Shown: piece by piece, positions 51,195-61,663 of the stretch
Layout: every line of letters starts with the position of its first letter
Numbering within the stretch: the stretch's first letter is position 1
Assembly: GCA_907165135.1 (NCBI GenBank)
Contig: OU015566.1
Span: forward strand, 10,974,001 to 11,038,000
Length of the DNA stretch: 64,000 nt
Origin: Oikopleura dioica
Lineage: Eukaryota > Animalia > Chordata
Reading direction: 5' to 3'
Notes under the pieces: model-generated
Database searches by the model: none
Told to the model about the DNA's origin: nothing
Seen by the model: only the letters and a program-made list of their open reading frames with translations
Position numbers and translations under genes: made by a program

Positions 51195-51940
51195 CCTAGG
51201 TCTAGGATGGGGGGTGATCGTTGGAGATCCGAAATGAGGCGCTCGAGATAAATCACCAATGAGTGGAGCGCGGGTTGTTTGGATCTCCAGAGCGTGGAGA
51301 TCGAAGCTCGATCTCCAAATCAGTCCCAGGGATTTTGTCGATCTCCAATTTTCGGTGATCGGGACCCGAATTTTCTCGACCATGGATTTTTCTCGAATGC
51401 ATTCATATTTTTCAGTAAAAAGGGACTTTTCGGGTCAGTGTCTCAAAAATGTACTAATACAAATGAGTTTGTATTGCTTATTTTCAAGAAGTAATCGGCG
51501 ATAGATTATCGCTCACCAGCCGAGCTCTAAGTCGGCGCTTTAACCTTTGGAAATTTAAACCGAACCAAAATCAAGCAGAGATAGTAAAAAGTACTTATTT
51601 TTATCTTGAATATTAATCCATGCACTTTTTTGACAGAATATTTGAAATCTACTGCGCAAAATTAGTATTCTCTGAGATTTTCAAGGCTATCCGGTCAGTC
51701 GCTTCTGATATCAGTAGGCTGACAGAAGATTGTTTCAAAGTGACTCATCGACTTTGGGGTTTTTGGATCTCTAAGAACTGGAGATCGAGAGTGGTGATCG
51801 ATCACCGCAATTTCAGAGTGGAGATCGCGCGGATCTCCACGCAATTGGAGATCCAAAGAACCCGCGCTCCACTCATTGGTGATTCAACTCGAGCGCTTCA
51901 TTTCGGATCTCCAGCGATCACCCCCGATCCTAGACCTAGG
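51195..51940. mobile_element. MITE with CCTAGG termini, ~115-bp TIRs and 6-bp TSD (gacagt)
   Basis: gacagt|CCTAGGTCTAGGAT...ATCCTAGACCTAGG|gacagt; many GGAGATC/GATCTCC motifs. Confidence 0.92.
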
Positions 51941-53408
51941 GACAGTCTACAATAAAAAAATAGCCTTTGTACTTGTATTTTTCAACTCTGGAATTTTCAC
52001 CCAAAACCGCGATAGTCGTGAAAATACGCTTCGTGAAACAATTCCTGTGCAGTTCAATAAACATTAATTCCAAAGACGGATTATCCGCAGAGCTCACGAA
52101 TGTAACTCCAATTGTTGATTTTCGTGCTCGTAACATTTTGTTAGAAAAATGAAAAATTGCAGAAAAGCTTCGTTCATTTCTTGTGCATGTTAATCGGCTT
52201 TGTCTAGCTTTCTTTTGCAACAGTTTTTAACAGCAAAGCGGGCATTTGAGGCAATTGTAAAGGGAAAATACGGCTAGGTGACAATTGATTGTGAAATTCT
52301 GTCAAATTGGCGAAAGTCTGAGAGCATCACGTTCGATTCAAGAGACTTTTCTTCCTACTGCAATACTGTGAACAAAAAAGGCATCTGCTGGAATTTAGGG
52401 CGTTGAATTTAGGCAGGCTGATCGGGTAGATAGAAGTTCTTTATAAGAGAATCGAGGGTAAGATAAGAGATCAGTTGGTGTCGCTCTCACGGGCAGTTGC
52501 TTAATCTGGATGATATAAAAGGGTTCTAGTTCCCAGTTTTGGTATTAATTTGTATAATGATTTTGCACTCGTTTAATCAAAATCTGATTTAAATTTAGGG
52601 GTAACAACCACACAGATATTTCAAGCTTCAGTTGTCAATTATCATCGTCAGCGGAATCGTTTCTGTTTCGAAGAGAATGTCTAGTTATTATTTCGTCCTG
52701 AATTAAAATGAAAAGCAAAAAGCTGGTTTATTCTTACTTGTATTGCCTCATTCTACTTTTATGTTCCAATAAAAACAGTAATAAAATTGATTTTAAATAA
52801 TCTGCAAAAGTTTCTTTATTCGAAAGTCGCTTAGCCCAGGTTCGCAGTCTCCGTTTCGATAATAGAAAAACATTCATCTCATTTAATGTTCCTCGGGCGC
52901 TGAGAAAATAATTCTAAATGACCGATTTCAAAGCCCTTTCTTTTGCACAATTTTGAGCCAGTTTTACACGTTTTTTAACTTTTTGAACTTGTGATATAAA
53001 CTCAAAAAACGGATAAAAAGGGTTTAGTTTAGGACAACTCATTTTTCTCATCAAACGATGTGGTTAAATCCCCTTTCTTAGCCTCAGTCATATCAAATGT
53101 ACAGAAAGCAAGGTAAGTACAGAAAAGAAATGAACTGAGTTGAATGTGCCTCTGAAATTTCTGATTTTTGGTAGCGCTATTAAAATATTAGAAATGCCAC
53201 GATCTCCAGGGGGCGAGATCTTGCCTGGCCAGGAATTCTGATTTCATTTTGAAAATAATTTGGGAACAGGTGAAGGTCAAACTTGAGAAATTCTAGGAAG
53301 GCAAATTTTACGGCCCAGGATACGAGAGACACTCAAGTTTAGGGACTTATCTAAAAGGGAAGAATAGTCACTAAGAAATGGCTAAATTTTGGTCGGTTTA
53401 ATTGGCTC

Positions 53409-53536
53409 TGGGCTGGGAAACCTGTGCAGAAAACCTGAGTCAGGGATCTCCGCGGCTTATTCTTAAAAGAAAGGCTTTTCATAATAGCTGACTCAGGCAC
53501 TCTGACTCAGATTATCCACACAGGTTTCCAACCCTG
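53409..53536. mobile_element. Small degenerate inverted-repeat element (hAT-like end CAGGGTTGGAAAC)
   Basis: ggaaacctgtg..ctgagtcag at ~53416-53443 pairs with ctgactcag..cacaggtttcc at ~53502-53529; no clear TSD. Confidence 0.45.
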
Positions 53537-54332
53537 GAGTTGGTTTCTGAAGGCAAAAGTCAAGAAAAACGAGTCTCAAACTGAGAATTTTCTGCGAAAG
53601 TCTAGTCTCTTCCGAACAGGAAATTTCTATTTTAGTGGAAACTGTAATTGGTAGAATGGTGGTAGGTGAAATGGATGGTTTGAGACAGCTCCTTGATTCG
53701 TTTTGTGGCTTCTTCGTTGATTTTCGTCATATCATTTCCGTTTTCCACGAAATCTGTATTTTCAGCAAGTCAGCAGGGGGAATGACGAGACGAGATTCAA
53801 GCGCGAATAATTGTATTTGGATTCGAACGTAGCCAAACTATCAAACGAGACTAGACAAGTTCATGCTTGGATAAGACATTCACCGTCAAAACTTGAACTC
53901 AAATTGTGTTATGTAACGCTATCACCGATCCAAAATCACCACCTGAAGGCCATAATTTTAGCGACCGGTTCTCAAATCGTTCACAGGCCGATTTGAAGAG
54001 GCGAATTATTGGAGAAAATTGCCTCCTTCGAAAAAGGGTAGATGATCATTGTCTTTTTTGGATTCGAGCTCTAGAATTCCACGGCTTATGAATAATTTTA
54101 TGAAAGAAGAACCATACTTCAGATTTTTGTTAATGATTTTGGAGTTTTTTTACTGCCTAACACTGGCGATAAATTAATAATATAATCTCTCTATGAAATG
54201 ATTGGCCCCTGTCTATGTTCAATAATTTATTGACAATAAAGGATGTCAAATACCTTAAACGAAAACCTTATGTCCAAAAGATTCGCGAGGAAAAAATCGG
54301 AAGGAAGAGCTCCTCCCAGGATATGTTAAGAC

Positions 54333-55119
54333 CAGGGGTCTAAATATCAGCCGAAATCCTAGTGCGAAAGCGAAGCGAAAGCGAACGTTTTTTTCAATTT
54401 TTTTGCGAAGCGAAAGCGAAGCGAATTCTTCGTCCATGTGCGAAGCGAAAGCGAAGCGAAATATCATTGAAAATTGCGAAAAAAAAGCGAAAATTTTTTC
54501 GCTTTAATTGATACGCATTTTCTGGCAAGAATCTTCAGCAATCAGCAACTCAAAAGCGAAGATGATTTCAAAAACCTATTTTTGCGCAGAAAATTTCAAA
54601 AAAATCTGTTACTGTACTTTTTCAGCTCGTCAATATAAGCCGAATGGTGGGTCTAACTGTTGATAATTCCAAGGTAGTAGTAAACACTATAGCAGGGGTG
54701 ACCATTTGAGCATCGCCGATGCCGCATCGGGCAGTCGGGCAAAACGGACAATTTTCGGGCAAAATGTGTTCGGCGGCCGAACTTCGGCCAGGCATTCGGA
54801 CGGCTCAGCCCCTTAAATTTGGCTGGGCAAAAGCGGGCATTTCGGGCATTTTGGCAAGTTGGGCACTTTCGGGCAATACGGCGATTTCGGGCAGTTGGTC
54901 AAGCCCGCGGCGAGGAAAATTCCTAAATTTCGCATTCTTTACAACTATTTTTGCTCTTTTGATCCTCTTGGCCCTTGATTTCGCGAAAATTTTGGAATTT
55001 TTGCGAAGCGAAAGCGAAGCGAATTCTGCTCTCAAGTGCGAAGCGAAGCGAAAGCGAATTCGCTTCGCTTCGCATCGCTTCGCAATAAAGCGAATTCGCA
55101 CTGCGAATTTAGACCCCTG
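54333..55119. mobile_element. hAT-like non-autonomous element with (GCGAA)n subterminal arrays
   Basis: CAGGGGTCTAAAT...ATTTAGACCCCTG 13-bp TIRs; flanking direct repeat ttaagac (7 bp; 9 bp if the terminal C/G are counted). Confidence 0.88.
54693..54907. mobile_element. Possible nested hAT-like MITE with CGGGCA repeats
   Basis: CAGGGGTGACCA...TGGTCAAGCCCG imperfect ends and repeated (t)cgggca inside the larger element; no TSD found. Confidence 0.4.
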
Positions 55120-55274
55120 TTAAGACCTTATCGCTTCATTTTGACAATAAACTGAACGTATTCTACATGCGGTTAAATTAGCATTAGAAGGCTTGTCTCT
55201 CCAATAACGCTTCTACGTCTGAAATTTTCAGTAAACACCGTCTACCTATTTCAGTAACAGTCTTGGATCAGTAG

Positions 55275-55625
55275 GATTTTGAGAAATTAATACTTTTACG
55301 TTTACTGAAAAGGGTACCACTAACTGACGAGAATATAAAGATAATTTATGGCCCTTTTTACAAGAACATCAGCGTACATCTCATCAGCGGCTTAGAAGAA
55401 TCTCGAGATTCTGAAGAACAGAATCTGGAAAGTCCGAACCAATCAGAGAGCCAACAAGAGTTTGCGCGGCTTCTCACCCAAATTAGGCGCGCCCAGAATG
55501 AGCTACTGAAAAAGTCAGTGCATTTTTCAGTAGCTCAGATTCTCGATCTCCCCTTTGAGCTCAACTTCATGGTATTACGTATTTTTTCTGTAGATCCACA
55601 GAAATACAGGAGCCGCTCTTCTTAA
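55275..55625 (+). CDS. Probable terminal exon of an uncharacterised gene
   Basis: 116-codon open frame starting right after an AG (DFEKLILLRLLKRVPLTDENIKIIYGPFYK...RSRSS*); absent from the ORF track; upstream exons unresolved. Confidence 0.4.
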   Translation, partial: DFEKLILLRLLKRVPLTDENIKIIYGPFYKNISVHLISGLEESRDSEEQNLESPNQSESQQEFARLLTQIRRAQNELLKKSVHFSVAQILDLPFELNFMVLRIFSVDPQKYRSRSS

Positions 55626-55974
55626 TATTAATGATTCATCATTAAATCTATCAGTCAACCTTAACCCCATCTATCGAGTTCTTCATCACCCCCAAGCGAT
55701 CTCTCGCTCCCTCTCTCTCCTCATTTTTCGTGAAGGCTCATTTTCGCGCCCTAGCGCCGCCGCATCAGATGGCGCTGGAGCATCGTTGTTTCCGCGGTAC
55801 CCCACCACCTCGGCAACCGTCAACATCTGGTCCAAGTTTTTTGTATTTTACGCTTTTGAGGGACCTATTTACTACTTTTCCCCGTTTTTTATAATTGTAA
55901 TTGTATAATAAGAGAGAGAACGAACGAAGTAGAAGTCATAAAAGAGAGAGAGAGGAAGGAGAGAAACAGAAGAA

Positions 55975-58900
55975 ATGAAATTTTGGGCACTGGTGCTCGC
56001 ACTGGCCAAAGCCAGAGTCGACATTGGAAGGATAGGCGCAAATAATGCACCCAGTGCCTATCAGCCAGAGTGCCCCCTCAGGATTGGATTGATTTGTTTA
56101 GGCGAAAGATAATTATTTTTATTCAGACCCCATTCAAGAAATTTCAGGTACCGTAGCTATCGGATATTACTTTTTAAAAAAATAAGAAAGGTTATTTATT
56201 GGCACTAGGATACTAGGTATTATTATTATGTGAATAATAGATTTTCATTTATTTCATTAATCGTTTTCCCTTTTTTAGGAGATTTTTTCAATTTTGACCA
56301 TCCTAATAACTATAAAAATGCCTTTAGATTTGAACAATTATGGTTTTTGCAGTGTGTAAACCTCAAAAATATTTCATCTTCTTTAATCTTACATTGCTTT
56401 ATTTCGTTTATTTCAGTTAAAATTGGTGTTTTGACTCGCTGCATTGGAATTTTAATTGCAGCTCGGGATATAAATTGAGTTATTTATTTAGAAGTTCACT
56501 TCAGAATTAGTGTTTTTCATTAATATCGCCGCAGATGCCACACAACTTCTCCAAAAATGCCAATTCAATCGCTTCCTCAAAGTTCAAGAGACCGCGGGCT
56601 TCACTCGCGGCGCCGAAACTCGCGGTCAACCCGTTTCTGGCATTTGTAATGTTTTTATGTAATCTCCGCCTTTTCCAAGCCGTTCACACGTTTCTAAAAA
56701 ACTAGCGGATTTGAGGAAGATCTTCTTTGTTTGATCAAAATTTTGGGTTTGCCAAAAACTTCAATACTGTCGTTCCATCTTGCTAAGATCGCTCTTCCCG
56801 CCATTTCCGGCACTTTTAAAAGTTAAAATAAGTATTTGAGCACGTGTCCCGGCGCCGGAAATTAAGCTACCTTAATCATGTGGCGTTAGTGGTGGAATTA
56901 ACCGACCTCAGACTTACATCATCTTTATTCACAAATCAAACTTATTTTTTTTTTCAATTTAGCGTCGCTTGGTGGCGTCTTTTTCATAATAAAACAGCCA
57001 GTCAGAAATGAATAGCCCTTTTTCAATGAAGATTTTAAATCGAGACGTAAATTCTTTAGTCCATTTTGCCGCAAAACTGAAATTTCGAGACGAAAATCGT
57101 TGGGCACATTTTTTCACTCTAAAACAAGCATTTCTAAATTTTATAATTCACACGAAAAGAGCTAGAAGAAGTAAATTTCAAATTGCTCCAATTTCTTCTC
57201 ACAAGATGGATTGATCTGCCAGATCGATCTGTCATTGCTCGCCCAGTAATCATCGTATTGTAGAAGGTCGTCAGATATCCGAGCGGAATTTCGGAAAGAA
57301 AAAGTTCAAGTTTTCCTTCTTCCGGTTATGTCAAAATTTTGATTTTTTCGATGATAAATTAATCAAAAAATTAATCGCGAAACTTCTTTCTTTTTCATTT
57401 TTTCAAGATTGCTAGAAAAAATAAATTGTATTTTACGTGGTAAACGTCTGAACTTTGCCTCATTTCTTCATCACTTCGCAATTTTTAGGAGCTTACGCGA
57501 ACACGAGGTCGTGTTCTAGTCAACCACTTGGTCACGACTGGGCGGTTAATTAACAAACCCTAAAAATAAGACTCTACTTTCTCTCTCTGTCTTCAACTTG
57601 TTGAACTTTTCCCTCCGTGATTTGGGCCAGACAAATTAATTTATTCTCCTTTCAAAAAGCCCCTCCTTCATGTTTCCAAGCTGGTTCCACGAGTCCAGAT
57701 GTGTCAAACCCGATTAATTACCCAAAAAGAGCCAAAGCAGCTTCTTCTCAACTCAGTCTTGGAACTCGTCAAAAATCAAATTTAGAAATCGTGACTTGAA
57801 ACTATCGAACTATTTGCTTTAAAAATTGAAATCCCATTTTTTTATGCGAAAAAGCTTCCTCAATCCAAAAAGTGCGTGTGCTCAAAATGGACATGCGTAG
57901 AAGAATTCGACTTTGCGACGCTGAAAGAACAGAGCCGCATTTACAGATTATCAGAAGACGAATTCGATGAAAACTTCAGATGCTGGAAGAACTGCTGCAG
58001 GAAATCAGGTAAATCCGCGCGCACACGTAACGTGAGCAAAGAGGTGTTATTCTTTCTTTTTTTGTTTTTTTCTAAATGTCTCTCGCGGCGCGCAACTTGA
58101 GACGAGCAGCTTTGCGGAAACGGGTTAAAAGAGTCCTCACGAATAGCGGATTTTCTTGCGAGTCTAGCGATAATCTCTTTTGACGTAATGCTATTCTATA
58201 AGTTTTAAAAATTACTTCATAAATAAATCACGAGTGAAATTATTATCTCTATGAAATATGGATTTTTTATAACGCTCTGAGTCTCAGAGTCTGATACTTG
58301 TTTCGTTTCCCAAAGGGACTGTAGATTTAGTTAAATGAAATTTGATTTGCTTCTGACATTATTGCGGTTTCTAGACGGAAAATAATAATAATCATATTCT
58401 CTGATACTTTGCTTAAAATTTGTATAAACGCATTCTATAGCATTTGATAAAGTCCGAGTATCCTCTCAAGATTCTTACGATTCCTCCTCTGAACTAGCCA
58501 TGTTCAACCTCTTTTTCACTCAATAAAGTAACCGAAAAAAAGTGATAATTCTTTCATGAGTGTCTTTCTGAATCCTCGCACCTGTATTTTGCCCAAGAAT
58601 GACTTGGAACCAAAACATTATTTCGCAAAGGATGACGCTCTTTTTTAACCAGTTTTACATTGAAAATTTCAGGAGTGAGGGTCTCAACCTGCGACAGAAA
58701 TGTTTGCCAAAAGTGCTGTGGAAGTGAATGTGCCGAAATTAAAAGGTAAATAACACGTCATTTCGCCTGAAAAATAATACTGGAGAGTCGCTCGAAAAGA
58801 GGATCTTCTCTTCCTGAATAAAACTTCCATTTCTATTTTTCGTTCGTGAAATAAGCGTCGGAAGGATAATTGGTTATGACAATAAGGCGATTACCTGTGC

Positions 58901-61261
58901 AAACATCAAAACAGCTTGAGTAACTTTATGTTTTAGTATGTTGCAGTTTAACCGACGCATTCCCACTCAACAGTGCAGCGCTTGCATGGAACAAAAGTGC
59001 GACTTTGCAAAAGGTAACTCAAAAGAAAAGAAACGGGAAAGTTGAAGGGTCAAATACTGAAGTTTGATGTAGTTTTTTTTTTTGGTATGGATCCAGATGG
59101 TGCGGAAATGGAATAACCGTAATTGAATAAAAACAACACGTTTTGGAGTGGGTGGAATTTTTGATGTAAATAAATTAGTGGAGTGCTCGATTGATGTACT
59201 TTCATCAAAGAAGGTGATTTAAACATGACGCTGGATGGTTTTTGGGACAAACAAAAATGAGTTGAATCCACTAAATGATTGTTACTCACACGATTGTTAC
59301 TCACTCTAGAGACGTGCTTTTTTTAAGGTTAAGGAAGTTATTTCTCTTCGTACCTCTTTTTAGACCGGGAACACCATACATATTTGGAATCAGCAGGAAA
59401 TTTTAAGAACTTTGACCGTTTTAGTTTCTCAAATTTCCACTTCCGGTCCGATTCTAGAGCCGGAAGTTGACGAAATTTTTGAGTTTGGGCAACTTGTGAC
59501 CTATCAAATTGATGCTCAGAAGATTTCCTATCATCTGAGATAAGAATCAATGCCGACCGCGGTCAAATCAACCGCTAAAAACTGAAAGAAAAATCACAAA
59601 TTTATGCCTTTTTTCCTTGTTTTGCCGGTCGGTTTGTCCGCGGTTGGGACGGTCTTTTTGAATAATTTGTAGATGTGATGACTCAAAATCTTCTGAGCAT
59701 CAATTTGATGGGTCACAAATTGCCCAAACTCAAAAATGTCGTCAACTTCCGGCTCTAGAATCGGACCGGAAGTGGAAATTTGAGAAACTAAAACGGTCAA
59801 AGTTCTTAAAATTTCCTGCTGATTCCAAATATGTATGGTGTTCCCGGTCTAAAAAGAGGTACGAAGAGAAATAACTTCCTTAACCTTAAAAAAAGCACGT
59901 CAGAGCCGATCAAATGCCTAGTTGTGTATGAATATTGTGACGAGAATCATTTTATTTCATCATTAATTCTTTCAAAGCTAAAAGCCCTACAATTATCGTT
60001 ATTCCCGCATTTATGGTTTCCTTTATACTCCACTTTTTTAACTCTATCTTTCCAAGATAACACATTTATGCAGTAAATGCAGTACAAGTTGCATAATGCC
60101 CCGGTCTCCATCTAACAAGCCCTTAGCATTTCCAACAACAAGCTTTGCCTCCGTTCAGGTCAAATCTATCCCTGGCTGACAAGCGCCGTGGAAAAGTTCA
60201 TTTCCGAACCAACTTTTTATTTTGAAAAACTGAAAATAGCAACTTTAAGTCGACAATAGATAGCTCAGTATTTCCGATCTTTTTTCCCACGTTTCTGCTT
60301 GATTTTTTACTTCTTCGCGCCTTTAGCGGATAATTCTAGCGGCTGTATGACAAGTATCTTTGCCAAAAAGTATTCCCCTCTGCGGGGTCATCTTGGAAGA
60401 GGAGAAATCGGAGTAAATCGGATTTTAGCAACACAAGACAGAAAAAAACGTAACTCAAGCACCCGTAAAATTGTTGTATAATTTGATAAGATGCGATTTT
60501 GAACCTGCCGGTTCTCGATTTCTAAAGTCGACATACAGAACTTCAGAAAAATTTTATTATCCTCTGAAATAGCCACAAACGCCACCGAAGCCGTAATCTT
60601 GGTTGAAAAAATGTGGATTTGGTCGGTTTTTGTTCACGTTACTACTTTTTAAAGCTTTTATCTCCCGATTTCAGATACGAAAAACACTTAAATCTTATAA
60701 TGGATATAATTTTGTAAGCGAAAATTTAACAGTTTTGCTGTTTAGAGTACACATCAATTACGACCACAAGAAGCTGCCGCGGCCTTTTCAATAAATACTC
60801 GACCGGTTTTGAAGGAAACGTTACCTTTCTCGTCGAAGCAGAGCGCGATGTGCGCATCTTTCTTTACGACAAGCCACTTTCGATCGTTAGACAGCATGGA
60901 GATAGAAGAAGGAGAGATACGTAAGTTTCAGAAACCATAAATTGAGAATGTCAGGATTATTTTTACAATTTTATCTGTTCCCTCATGGTGAGATTAATAT
61001 TAAATGTGTGTCATTATTTATCGTGATTATCCCTTCGCTGAGCGCCAATCGCCAATTGAGGCCTATCAATAGTATCTTACAGGTACTTTCAGTGAGATGG
61101 AAGAGATTCCGGAAGAGCTGCGCGAATTCGTGCGCGAGCAGATGGAACTCAACGGAGCTCACTTTGACGTCTTAGATGAGCCTGTCAGGCCAAGTACTTC
61201 TCAAGTGTTGCAGACTGTTTTCACCAGACTCAGAAGACAAGTCCAAGGAACGGATTTTTAG
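55975..61261 (+). CDS. Secreted Cys-rich orphan precursor with basic cleavage sites, many small exons
   Basis: Signal peptide MKFWALVLALAKA; exons KWTCVEE...RCWKNCCRKS, VSTCDRNVCQKCCGSECAEIK, QQCSACMEQKCDFAK, ...HGDRRRRDT, ...FTRLRRQVQGTDF*. Confidence 0.5.
59311..59901. mobile_element. Foldback/MITE-like element with 216-bp inverted arms
   Basis: 59311-59526 is a near-perfect reverse complement of 59686-59901; 159-bp spacer; flanked by aga...aga. Confidence 0.88.
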
Positions 61262-61663
61262 AGCCTCGTTCTCTTCACACTTCATTTGCAAGAGGAGATT
61301 TTATCAATGACACTTAGAAGCATTCGAAAATTATTTCAACGAGTCAGTAACAGTTGAACTAAGGCAGATTTTCGGAGGGTAAAGTGGGAACACTAATTGC
61401 CCTGTAGCAGCTCTTGAATAAACGTGGTGTTGAATTATGTTTTTAAAAGCAGCAAATTCCGCCTCAACGAAAAACCTCAAATTTTCGCGAATTTGTTAGA
61501 ACAATTATTGTGTCACGTGAGGAGAAAATCTCACCTTTTGGATAAGTCGTTTCCGGACTTAGACGACCTCAAGTTGGCCATCAAAGGGAAAAGTTAATGC
61601 GTTCAGCTAAATTTCTTGTTTGTTGCAAATCTCAGCTCAACCACAAATCCTATCTAAGACGCG

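Noticed and set aside
56879-56895. Pol III A-box-like TGGCGTTAGTGG
   Set aside because: No downstream B box or tRNA fold.
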